A stretch of DNA of 64,000 bases from Candidatus Saccharibacteria bacterium UBA1235. GTDB taxonomy: Bacteria > Patescibacteriota > Saccharimonadia > Saccharimonadales > Saccharimonadaceae. A program made the translations under genes and the position numbers. Below the pieces are notes generated by a model that worked only from the letters and a program-made list of their open reading frames with translations, was not told the DNA's origin and did no database searches. The stretch is taken from positions 1,612-65,611 of the forward strand of contig DBWP01000015.1 in the NCBI GenBank assembly GCA_002309075.1. Reading direction: 5' to 3'. Every line of letters starts with the position of its first letter. The first letter of the stretch is position 1. Below, one piece after another: positions 37,950 to 47,182 of the stretch.

Positions 37950-40301
37950 TTATTTTAGAGTTTTTATAACCGCTTCACGATCCGCCGCAATTAACTTTAG
38001 TCTCGCTTCTATCTCGCGCAAACCAATCTCAATCGCCCGCGAAAGCGCCGGATCATTCGCCATTGGCTCAAAGAATTTTTGATACTCCTTAAACTCCTCT
38101 TCCGTCCTTAAAACGTTCGCAACATATCTCGGATAACTATCAAGCGACTTATCTCCCGCCATCTTTTTAATCTCATCCCAATTTTCCCGCATCCAACTAA
38201 AAGCCTTTCTTCTAGTTTTTGTATTGCGATATAAATACACAAACAAATATAATTGATCTTGCGGTTTCACAACTTCCACATTTCCAAGAAGCCCCATCAT
38301 TTTTTCTAAAGCCTTCTCGTCTTTTGCTAAAGTCCCTGCAAACAAAAGTTCAAATTTAAGTTCCGGATCCGAAATCTTTTTATAAGCGTCTAAATAGTCG
38401 TCAATTACTTCCGGACAAAAATACAATTTCGCGTCTAAAATACTCTCCCTTAATTCCGCCTCTAATTTAGAATAATCCTCGTTATACATTTCCGCCAATT
38501 TTCGCAAATTTTCTTCCGTCTCCGCGTAGTAGTCCAGTCCAAGAAGAATCGTCCTTAGCCGAATTGTATTTTCATCATCATTCTTTCTCGTCGCCAGCCC
38601 AATTTCCGAAAGCTTCGGCGAAACTAATTCGCCCACAAATTTCTTAAATTTCTTTTCTTCGTTTGAACCCGGCTCAAAGAAAATCTTCAGCCCAGAAATT
38701 ATCGACGCCACAATTCCCCAAACCGCCGCACTCGATTCATTCTCAAATTTCTTCAAAAGCCCCATCAAAGACGCCGAGCTCGCTAGCTCAGTTTTCGCAA
38801 CCAAATTCCGATCAATCAAAAGCCGAATCTTTTCCTCAAGCCCTAAATTATCAAAATTCTTCACCCTCTTCTCAAAATCCGCATCCGAAAGATCCAAAAT
38901 ATAATGTCCGCTCATATCCTCCGTTATTTCCGGAATCGGCCAAGTCTCCTGCTTTAACGGCCCGTCTAGCAAAAACCTTCTTTGCGACCCGTCTTCCATA
39001 ATCACCGGATATCCCGGCTTATCAATAAACGCGTGCATCAACTTCCCCGGATCAAATTCCGCGTAAGGCTTCAAACTTTCCCACAAATCATCCCCCACCG
39101 TGTTTTCATATTTATGTTTTTCAAAATAATCTCTTAAACCTTTGCAGAAATTATCCCAGCCCATCAACCGAATCAGCATTAACATAAGTCTCGCCCCTTT
39201 AGAATACACAATCGCCGAATCAAACAATGTCGCAATTTCCGCCGGATCATGAACATCCTGATGTACCGACTGAACGTCCTTATACGCATCTCGCATCAAA
39301 GCCGAATATGAATCACCCGTAAAAAATCCTTCAAAAATCTTATATTCCGGATGAATATGATCCACCGCAAAATATTCCATCACGCTCGCAAACGATTCGT
39401 TAAGCCACAAATCATCCCACCATTCCATCGTCACAAGATCCCCAAACCACTGATGCGAAAGTTCATGCGCGACCGTTAACGCCACCGATTTTTTCGCCGA
39501 AAGCGTCGCATTTTTACCTATCAGCATCATCGATTCACGATAAGTCACAAGCCCCCAGTTTTCCATCGCTCCCGCTTCAAAATCTGGCAAAGCCACCTGA
39601 TCCAATTTCTCCAAAGGATATTTCACACCAAAATTATCATCATAAAATTCCAAAGATTTCGCTGCAACTTCATTCGCAAAATCAACCGAGTCAATATCCT
39701 GATTCAAGGCCGCATACGTCGTAATCTTAACCCCATGTTTATTCGTAATAGTTTTTCCATGGAATTTTCCAATTACGAACGCAAGAAGATAGGTCGACAT
39801 TCTTGGCGTCGGCTCACCCATCGGCACATTCGCTAAAATCAAATCGTCATCATCCGGCGTCGTAATCGAAAGCTCAAACACCGCCTTTGCCGCCGGCTCA
39901 TCAATACACGGGAACGCCTCGCGCGCATAATGACTTTCAAACTGTGTCGCCACAATCGTCTCGGTCTTACCGTTATGCTCATATGTCGAAAGATACGCCC
40001 CCTGCATATTTTCATTTAATTTTCCTTCATAAAAAATCGTAACCTTAAGTTTTGAAAACTCAACCTTGTCTTTCAAATTCTCAAGATTCAAAATTAGTAG
40101 ATTTTCTCTCTGTAAAAACTCAACTTCAAAATTCTCAATCAGAACTTTAGAAATCTTAAGACCAACCGCGTGAAACTTAATCACATCACTCTTCGCCGCA
40201 CCAAAAACCGTCACTTCCCCACCAATGGTCTTTTTGTGCTTATCAACATTAAGATTTAAAACGTATTTTTCCGGTATAAAATAATCTAACAATCTTTCCA
40301 T
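37950..40301 (-). CDS. pepN: M1-family aminopeptidase
   Basis: GAMENWG, HELSH-N18-E, YSKG, ERAP1-like C-terminal domain. Confidence 0.93.
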   Translation of the reverse strand: MERLLDYFIPEKYVLNLNVDKHKKTIGGEVTVFGAAKSDVIKFHAVGLKISKVLIENFEVEFLQRENLLILNLENLKDKVEFSKLKVTIFYEGKLNENMQGAYLSTYEHNGKTETIVATQFESHYAREAFPCIDEPAAKAVFELSITTPDDDDLILANVPMGEPTPRMSTYLLAFVIGKFHGKTITNKHGVKITTYAALNQDIDSVDFANEVAAKSLEFYDDNFGVKYPLEKLDQVALPDFEAGAMENWGLVTYRESMMLIGKNATLSAKKSVALTVAHELSHQWFGDLVTMEWWDDLWLNESFASVMEYFAVDHIHPEYKIFEGFFTGDSYSALMRDAYKDVQSVHQDVHDPAEIATLFDSAIVYSKGARLMLMLIRLMGWDNFCKGLRDYFEKHKYENTVGDDLWESLKPYAEFDPGKLMHAFIDKPGYPVIMEDGSQRRFLLDGPLKQETWPIPEITEDMSGHYILDLSDADFEKRVKNFDNLGLEEKIRLLIDRNLVAKTELASSASLMGLLKKFENESSAAVWGIVASIISGLKIFFEPGSNEEKKFKKFVGELVSPKLSEIGLATRKNDDENTIRLRTILLGLDYYAETEENLRKLAEMYNEDYSKLEAELRESILDAKLYFCPEVIDDYLDAYKKISDPELKFELLFAGTLAKDEKALEKMMGLLGNVEVVKPQDQLYLFVYLYRNTKTRRKAFSWMRENWDEIKKMAGDKSLDSYPRYVANVLRTEEEFKEYQKFFEPMANDPALSRAIEIGLREIEARLKLIAADREAVIKTLK

Positions 40302-40322
40302 AATTCCTTTCTTTCTAGATCA

Positions 40323-40395
40323 AACGGGTGACGCCACTTGGGGGACCCCCACCGAGCCTTGCGAGGATGGGGGAAAAGTGGCGGCAGGACCCGTT
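40323..40395. repeat. Nested GC-rich palindromic element between ftsH and pepN
   Basis: aacgggt/acccgtt, cgccactt/aagtggcg and ccccca/tggggg nested arms. Confidence 0.8.
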
Positions 40396-42327
40396 CTATT
40401 TATAAAGCTTTGCAGTTATTGGGAGCTTCGCATCCTTCAAAATCGGTTCAAGCTCTTTCTCTTCCAAAGTCTCATGTTTAAGAAGCTCTTCCGCTAGCCG
40501 ATCAAGAACTTTTTTATTCGCCTTCAAAACTTCTTCCGCGCGCTTTGCTGCTTCATCCGACAACTTTTTAACTTCCGCATCAATAAGTTCTGCCGTTTTT
40601 TCCGAATATGGTTTCCCGGTCGTAATTGTATAATAGCCAGTTGCCTCATTCGGGAACACCACATTCCGAAGCGACGAACCCATGCCTTCCTCGATAATCA
40701 TCGACTTCGAAAGTTCCGCCACATTTCTAAGATCCGACGATGCGCCAGTCGTAATTGCATCAGTTCCAAAAATCAATTTTTCTGCCACGCGTCCGCCCAT
40801 TGCTCGCGCTAAAATATCTTTAAGCTCATAGACATTCTTATAACTTCTGTCCTCCGGCGGCAAGAACCAAGTCACCCCGCCCGTCATTCCACGCGGAATA
40901 ATCGTTACTTTATGAACCGGATCAGAATCTGGCAAAACATGCCCCACGATCGCATGTCCAGCTTCGTGATAGGCCGTGATCTTTCGCTCTTTTTCGTTCA
41001 TTACTTTCGACTTTCGCTCTGGCCCAATCGCAACTCTTTCAAACGATTCCGTCACATCCGCGTTCGAAATCGCCTTATGACCCTCGCGCGCTGCTGTAAT
41101 TGCTGCTTCATTTGCGATATTTGCAAGATCCGCACCGGACGAACCCGCCGTCTTTTTCGCCAAAGCCTCAAGGTTAACATCTGCTTCAATCGGCTTACCT
41201 TTAAAATGTACTTTCAAAATTTCTAGACGATCTTTTCGCTCCGGCAAAGTTACATTCACATGACGATCGAAACGACCTGGGCGAAGAAGCGCCTTATCAA
41301 GCATATCAACTCGGTTTGTTGCCGCAATTACAATCACGCCAGAATCATTATCAAAGCCATCCATCTCAACAAGAATTTGGTTTAAGGTTTGCTCGTCTTC
41401 ACGTCCAGCCCCGCCACGCGCATCACGTTTGTGTGCCACTGCGTCGATTTCATCAATAAAGATAATCGACGGCGCATTTTTCTTTGCTTTCGAGAACAAA
41501 TCACGAACACGAGACGCACCAACACCAACAAACATTTCTGCAAATTCTGAACCCGAAATCGAGAAGAATGGCACATTTGCTTCACCCGCCACTGCGCGCG
41601 CCATCAAAGTTTTACCCGTACCAGGATCACCCGCGAGCAAAACACCACGCGGAATCTTCGCGCCAAGCTTTTCGTATTTCTTCGGATTTTTCAAAAAGTC
41701 TACAATTTCCGTTAGATCTTGTTTTGCCGCCTCATTTCCAGCCACGTCTTTAAACGTTACCTTCTTTTTGTCTGGACCATAAAGTTGCGCCCGCGCTTTT
41801 CCAAATGACATCGATTGATTATTTGCCGCCGTTGCCTGACGCATCATCCATGACAAGAAAATCACAATCGCGACAATCGGCAAAATCGTCAACATTACAT
41901 CAAGCACAATTCCCCAAACATTCACGTCCTCTTTATATTCAATCACGGGATATTTTTGTTGACATTTAGAAACCTCATTTTCTGAAACCCCTTCACAAAA
42001 TTCATCTAAAGTTTTAAGTCCCATGTCATAAAGCGTCCCACTGCCATCTTTTCGCGAAGTTTCAGTCGGCTGATTTTCGCCCTTTAGCGTCACGTCGACA
42101 GTATTTCCCGACACGGTAATTTTTGCAATATTACTTTCTGGGTCATTCGCTCGCATAATTACATCCGAAATCGCCACTTCCGCCTTTTGTGCTATGTTTT
42201 GGTTCATGTTCGAAACAAACAACATCGTAAGACAAATTACCAAAAACATAAAAATCACGCTTCTAACCGCATTGGACTTTCCCCCATTCAAGTTCTTCAT
42301 ATTTAGATTCGGTTTCTTTTCCGCCAC
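40396..42327 (-). CDS. ftsH: ATP-dependent zinc metalloprotease FtsH
   Basis: Two TMs, [27 protein letters not shown]; GTG start after AGGAG. Confidence 0.97.
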   Translation of the reverse strand: MAEKKPNLNMKNLNGGKSNAVRSVIFMFLVICLTMLFVSNMNQNIAQKAEVAISDVIMRANDPESNIAKITVSGNTVDVTLKGENQPTETSRKDGSGTLYDMGLKTLDEFCEGVSENEVSKCQQKYPVIEYKEDVNVWGIVLDVMLTILPIVAIVIFLSWMMRQATAANNQSMSFGKARAQLYGPDKKKVTFKDVAGNEAAKQDLTEIVDFLKNPKKYEKLGAKIPRGVLLAGDPGTGKTLMARAVAGEANVPFFSISGSEFAEMFVGVGASRVRDLFSKAKKNAPSIIFIDEIDAVAHKRDARGGAGREDEQTLNQILVEMDGFDNDSGVIVIAATNRVDMLDKALLRPGRFDRHVNVTLPERKDRLEILKVHFKGKPIEADVNLEALAKKTAGSSGADLANIANEAAITAAREGHKAISNADVTESFERVAIGPERKSKVMNEKERKITAYHEAGHAIVGHVLPDSDPVHKVTIIPRGMTGGVTWFLPPEDRSYKNVYELKDILARAMGGRVAEKLIFGTDAITTGASSDLRNVAELSKSMIIEEGMGSSLRNVVFPNEATGYYTITTGKPYSEKTAELIDAEVKKLSDEAAKRAEEVLKANKKVLDRLAEELLKHETLEEKELEPILKDAKLPITAKLYK

Positions 42328-42381
42328 TTTTTGATCTCCTTTTCCTCTTAATTTTATCATATTAAAATTGTTTTTCAAAAC

Positions 42382-42408
42382 AAAAAAAAGACCCGTTAAG
42401 GTCTTCTT
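42382..42408 (-). terminator. Terminator after the tRNA-Pro genes
   Basis: Minus strand aagaagacc-ttaacg-ggtc followed by a T tract. Confidence 0.65.
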
Positions 42409-42420
42409 CAAATAAACACA

Positions 42421-42496
42421 TGGTCTGGGTGACAGGACTTGAACCTGCGACCTCGACTTCCCAAAAGTCGCGCGCTACCAACTGTGCTACACCCAG
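42421..42496 (-). tRNA. tRNA-Pro (TGG)
   Basis: CTGGGTG/CACCCAG acceptor, cgact-ttTGGga-agtcg, encoded CCA. Confidence 0.95.
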
Positions 42497-42523
42497 ATAT
42501 ATATATTATATCACACTTTTTCG

Positions 42524-42599
42524 TGGTCAGGGTGATCAGACTTGAACTGACGACCTCAGCGTCCCGAACGCTGCGCGCTACCAACTGCGCCACACCCTG
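42524..42599 (-). tRNA. tRNA-Pro (CGG)
   Basis: CAGGGTG/CACCCTG acceptor, cagcg-ttCGGga-cgctg, encoded CCA. Confidence 0.95.
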
Positions 42600-42615
42600 A
42601 CACGCCACTATTATA

Positions 42616-42948
42616 TCACATTTCCCCCACAATTCCTAGTTTTTCATCAGAGAGCGCCTCTGCCGAAAACGGATCTTTATAATTATCCAAAGCCCTAACT
42701 TCAACTTCCAAATTCTTTAAATATTCTTCAATAACTTCCGCATCAATCGCACCGGTTTTGCTGAATTCATATTCATCTTCAACTTCCTCATCCGAAATCT
42801 CTTCTTCCGGCAAAAATCCCGGCCGCGACCAATCTAGATAAATATCCCCAGAATTATGATAAATGACAAGCGAAATACTCGTCGTAAGTAACGCAAAAAC
42901 CACCGAAGCTAGCCCTAGAATCATCAGATTTCTTCCGCCTTTTGTCAT
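42616..42948 (-). CDS. Hypothetical membrane protein
   Basis: N-terminal TM, acidic C-terminus, overlaps upstream gene. Confidence 0.7.
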   Translation of the reverse strand: MTKGGRNLMILGLASVVFALLTTSISLVIYHNSGDIYLDWSRPGFLPEEEISDEEVEDEYEFSKTGAIDAEVIEEYLKNLEVEVRALDNYKDPFSAEALSDEKLGIVGEM

Positions 42949-43457
42949 AACTTAGCCTCCAAAACCTTCACCAATTTTACTTGCTCCTTAGCCAATCTCC
43001 CTAATTTCGTCGTTCCATCCGCCACAATCTTGCGTTTTTCTCTTACGCCTTCCAATTTTTCATAAAATTCCTCTGGCTCTTTCTTACAATCAAACGCCAA
43101 AAGCTCTTCTAGACTCTTCTGATAATCAACATAGCTCGCCACAAAATCTATCCGCGTTTGACTAAAAATATTCTGATTATTAATCAAATCTGTGTCTGGC
43201 AAGTTATTCTCCACCAGTCTCAAATTAAGCGGCGTAATAAAATTCGCTAAAATCACCTCATAATGATGACCAATATCCATCATCATTCTCGAATCACTCC
43301 GCTGCAAATCTCGCAAATTATCATGGATCGCCCCACAATAAGTAGAAATCACTTCTTTCTGTGCATCAGAAATCGCCATAACAGGGGCCGATATACCAAA
43401 AACTTGCAAAATAAGCGAAAGTATGATATAATGAAGAGATATACCTTTTTTCTTCAT
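42945..43457 (-). CDS. Hypothetical secreted helical protein
   Basis: Signal peptide, two Cys, helical pattern. Confidence 0.7.
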   Translation of the reverse strand: MKKKGISLHYIILSLILQVFGISAPVMAISDAQKEVISTYCGAIHDNLRDLQRSDSRMMMDIGHHYEVILANFITPLNLRLVENNLPDTDLINNQNIFSQTRIDFVASYVDYQKSLEELLAFDCKKEPEEFYEKLEGVREKRKIVADGTTKLGRLAKEQVKLVKVLEAKL

Positions 43458-43469
43458 TCTTTAATTATA

Positions 43470-44186
43470 TCACATGCCCTCTAGCATGGCAGCATCAAGT
43501 CTTAGAGTTTTACCATCATTTAATATGAGTAAAGTTGCCCATCCGCTATTTCCCGCCTCGTTAGAATATATATTTTCTTTAATTCCAGCTCCAATTCCAT
43601 CAACCACAAAACCGTCAATTTTTAACGTTCCTTTAACATTGAACGTATTTCCACTTTGCTCGTCAACCGGAACATATTGAACTGTTCCATCCGTCATAAT
43701 AAAACCTATTCCATTCTTAAAGCCTTCGAGCATCGTATTTGTAAGTAAAATCGGTTTGTAAATCTTGCCATTCACGCCATTAACCTGACAGCTTTCTGAC
43801 TCAGAATCCTCATCGGCATCTTCCCGTTCTATACTACATCTAATTATTTCCCCATTCTCAATTCTAATGCTGACATATTTATATTGATAATCTTCATAAT
43901 TTTCGTTATCGTCGTGATCATGGCTATCGCCTATCTCTATAGTCGAAGTGATACTAAGTGTGTAAGCCGCCGGCGCTTCTGCCGTTATAACTGCATTCGA
44001 GCCCGTGCGAGAAATTTCACTTCCCGAAGCCGTCGAACCCTGCGTTGTCACATCGTTATTTCTCGTAACAAGCATTGCGATACCAAAAACTAATCCGGCC
44101 ACCGCCACCGCCGTCATAATAATTCCAAAAATTTTCCAATTAAACCTAGACCTTTTTGTTTCTTGTAAAATTATATCGTCTTGCAT
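43470..44186 (-). CDS. Hypothetical single-TM protein
   Basis: N-terminal TM followed by a beta-rich extracellular domain. Confidence 0.7.
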   Translation of the reverse strand: MQDDIILQETKRSRFNWKIFGIIMTAVAVAGLVFGIAMLVTRNNDVTTQGSTASGSEISRTGSNAVITAEAPAAYTLSITSTIEIGDSHDHDDNENYEDYQYKYVSIRIENGEIIRCSIEREDADEDSESESCQVNGVNGKIYKPILLTNTMLEGFKNGIGFIMTDGTVQYVPVDEQSGNTFNVKGTLKIDGFVVDGIGAGIKENIYSNEAGNSGWATLLILNDGKTLRLDAAMLEGM

Positions 44187-44222
44187 AAAAAATCCCTTTT
44201 ATGCTTATAATTATATCACAAA

Positions 44223-46073
44223 CTAATCGCGTTTTAGCATTACAGTAAAGGCCTCTGACGGAATATCAATTTTTCCGAACCGTTTCATTCGTGCCTTACC
44301 GCGCTTTTGTTTTTCAAGAAGTTTTGCTTTTCGATCCCTATCACCAGTATGAATTTTTACCGTCACATCTTTTCGGTATGCACCAATCGTTTCGCGCGCA
44401 ATAATTCTCGCACCGATCGCCGCTTGAAGCGCAACTTCCCAGTTTTGTCGAGGAATTACTTCCTTCAATTTTTTAGTCGTTTCTCGTCCGATTGCATCCG
44501 CCTCTGACCTGTGGCACATGATAGAAAGTGCATCAATTTTATGACCACCAACTAGAAAATCTACTCGCACTAAATCTTCTGTTCTGTAGCCAGAAAGTTC
44601 ATAATTAAACGATGCATATCCGCTCGTCGCCGATTTTAACTGATCATAAAAATCCGTTAGAAGATTCGCCATCGGCGCCTCAAAATCAATCACCGCCCGA
44701 TCTTCAATATATGATAAATTCGTCTGCAGCCCGCGTTTTTCGTTAATAAGATTTAAGACATTTCCAATCATCGACTTTGGCAAAATAATTTCGCCTTTTA
44801 CCCAAGGCTCCCGAATTTCAAGAACCTCGCTCATGTCCGGAAGATCTGCCGCCGATTTGATTTCTAAAATCTCACCATTATTTAAAACTACTTCATAATT
44901 TGTAGATGGATTCGTGATAATAAGATCGAGTCCAAATTCTCGCTCCAAACGTTCCCGAATAATATCCATATGGAGAAGCCCCAAAAAACCAATCCGAAGC
45001 CCAAACCCAAGAACTGGCGAATTTTCCGGCTCATAAACCAGCGCCGAATCCGATAAGGAAAGTTTTTCAATCGCTTCTTTTAAATCTTTGTATTGATCAT
45101 TCGATACAGGGAAAAATCCCGCATACACAAACGGAAGAACATGTTTATATCCAGGCAAAGCTTGCGCCGCTGGATTTTTTGCAATAGTCACCGTATCACC
45201 AACTCGTGCTTCACGTGTAGTCTTTAAGTTTGTAACAATGTATCCAATCTCACCTTCTGACAATTTTTCTCGCGGCGACATTTTCGGCGTTAAAACTCCG
45301 ACTTCAAGCGCCAAGCCCTTTGTTCCTGCCGCCATCATCAAAATTTCCGCATTCTTCTTAATTTCACCTTCAAAAATCCGAACATACAAAACCACCCCCC
45401 GATAATCATCAAAATAGGAGTCAAAAATCAAAGCTTTAGTAGAAACACCATCACTTAATTCTCGGCCCGCGTCCGCTCGGCCCGTCGCCACGGGCGAGCG
45501 GCGCTTTTCCTCGCCTTGCCAGGCTCCGGATGACCTCGAATCAAGCGATGGCGTTTCTATTATGGCATCTAAAATTTTATCGACTCCAAGTCCGGTTTTA
45601 CCCGAAGCTTCAATAATTTCGTCTCGCGAACATCCAAGAAGATTTATAATTTGTGCCGCTACGCCTTCCACATCTGCCGCAGGCAAATCAACTTTATTAA
45701 TTACTGGAATAATTTTAAGATCCTGTTCAAGTGCAAGATAAACATTCGCGAGAGTCTGTGCCTGAATTCCCTGCGTTGCATCAACCACAAGCACCGCTGT
45801 CTCAACCGCCTGTAGACTCCTTGAAACTTCATATGAAAAATCCACGTGGCCCGGCGTATCGATTAAATTTAAAGTATATCCTTTCCAATTCATCGTTACT
45901 GGCGCAAGTTTGATCGTAATACCCTTCTCGCGCTCAAGCTCCATTGAATCTAAAAGCTGCTCTTTCATTTCGCGCTTAGAAACCGTCCCGGAAAGCTCCA
46001 TCATCCGATCCGCGATCGTCGATTTTCCATGATCAATATGCGCAATAATGCAAAAGTTTCGAATCTTATCCAT
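44223..46073 (-). CDS. lepA: Elongation factor 4 (LepA) with in-frame palindromic insertion
   Basis: IRNFCIIAHIDHGKST, DTPGHVDF, NKVD, GFLGLLH, KLLEKQK.GK.RMK. Confidence 0.98.
   Translation of the reverse strand: MDKIRNFCIIAHIDHGKSTIADRMMELSGTVSKREMKEQLLDSMELEREKGITIKLAPVTMNWKGYTLNLIDTPGHVDFSYEVSRSLQAVETAVLVVDATQGIQAQTLANVYLALEQDLKIIPVINKVDLPAADVEGVAAQIINLLGCSRDEIIEASGKTGLGVDKILDAIIETPSLDSRSSGAWQGEEKRRSPVATGRADAGRELSDGVSTKALIFDSYFDDYRGVVLYVRIFEGEIKKNAEILMMAAGTKGLALEVGVLTPKMSPREKLSEGEIGYIVTNLKTTREARVGDTVTIAKNPAAQALPGYKHVLPFVYAGFFPVSNDQYKDLKEAIEKLSLSDSALVYEPENSPVLGFGLRIGFLGLLHMDIIRERLEREFGLDLIITNPSTNYEVVLNNGEILEIKSAADLPDMSEVLEIREPWVKGEIILPKSMIGNVLNLINEKRGLQTNLSYIEDRAVIDFEAPMANLLTDFYDQLKSATSGYASFNYELSGYRTEDLVRVDFLVGGHKIDALSIMCHRSEADAIGRETTKKLKEVIPRQNWEVALQAAIGARIIARETIGAYRKDVTVKIHTGDRDRKAKLLEKQKRGKARMKRFGKIDIPSEAFTVMLKRD
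45440..45559 (-). repeat. In-frame palindromic element in lepA (120 nt)
   Basis: 22-bp terminal stem with 3 G-T pairs; core gctcgcccgtggcgacgggccgagc. Confidence 0.9.
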
Positions 46074-46102
46074 ATATACTATATTATATAATATTTCACA
46101 AA

Positions 46103-46132
46103 AAAATAAACCCCTATACGGGGGTTTATTTT
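46103..46132 (-). terminator. Intrinsic terminator
   Basis: aaaataaacccc...ggggtttatttt. Confidence 0.8.
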
Positions 46133-46141
46133 CTTTAATAA

Positions 46142-47158
46142 TTAGAGATGTACTGTAGATTCTCCAGAATCATCCCGGCAAGTAGTTCCAAAGAAAGCTT
46201 TCTTCAAGTCTTCTGTATTATATTCGCTACAACTAGCATAATCCTGTCCCCCGTAGAAGAATTGCCATTCAGCTGTTGGGCTAACTCGGTAAAACTCCCC
46301 GCGTCCGCCATTCATGCCGACGGTTATTCTTTGATGAGAATCAGCCCCATCTATTATTTTACCACCAGGATGTAATTTTATAGGATATTCACCAGTTTTA
46401 TTATAATATGCCATTATAAGCGATTTAGCTAAAGTTTTTTCTTCATCCGTTAACCAAGACCAATTAGCTTCCGCACAGTCTAAATAAACCTCTGTATTAT
46501 CATCAAAAATCCCACATACGACATTGATATTTGCATTATAATATCCCTCGAGAATTGGGCCAGCAGAACCCATAAATGGAATTTCACCAATAGCACTAAA
46601 ACCAGCGTCTACCAAATTAGCGCTCATTACCGAAACAGTATTCCCAGCATTTGATGTACTTATTGATGCCTCAAGAACATTTTCTAACGGCACAAACGTT
46701 TCCGTTCCATCAAACTTATATGACAAATCAAACATATTATCGCCCCGGATCTCACCACCAAAATTATCGAAACTAGACATTATATTCGTCATCAAATCTC
46801 TAACGCCCTTATATTCCGACACGGTACTTCCAGTAGCTGTCCCGTTATTTTCATCCGGCGTAGTTGTTGAACCGTTATTATTTGCGTTTGGATTGTTTGT
46901 TGGTTTATTCCCAACATAGCTTATACCAAAGAACAAAGCTATAACCGCAAAAATCAATGCAAGCGCGCCAAGCACAATGGCAAGAATTTTTATCTTTTTT
47001 ATCGATGAGTCTGTAGTTGCCGAAGTAACCACCGGTACCACCGGCGTCGACTCAGACATCGGTTCAGACACTGATGCTGATGCATTTAAAGGATTATCTT
47101 GTTGTACTGGTGCATCATTAGCCCCAGCTTGTTGATTAAAGCTATTCTGATCTTCCAT
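46142..47158 (-). CDS. Hypothetical single-TM surface protein
   Basis: Low-complexity N-terminus, TM at about aa 57-80, Cys-containing extracellular domain. Confidence 0.7.
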   Translation of the reverse strand: MEDQNSFNQQAGANDAPVQQDNPLNASASVSEPMSESTPVVPVVTSATTDSSIKKIKILAIVLGALALIFAVIALFFGISYVGNKPTNNPNANNNGSTTTPDENNGTATGSTVSEYKGVRDLMTNIMSSFDNFGGEIRGDNMFDLSYKFDGTETFVPLENVLEASISTSNAGNTVSVMSANLVDAGFSAIGEIPFMGSAGPILEGYYNANINVVCGIFDDNTEVYLDCAEANWSWLTDEEKTLAKSLIMAYYNKTGEYPIKLHPGGKIIDGADSHQRITVGMNGGRGEFYRVSPTAEWQFFYGGQDYASCSEYNTEDLKKAFFGTTCRDDSGESTVHL

Positions 47159-47182
47159 AAGTATATTATAACATACTTATGT

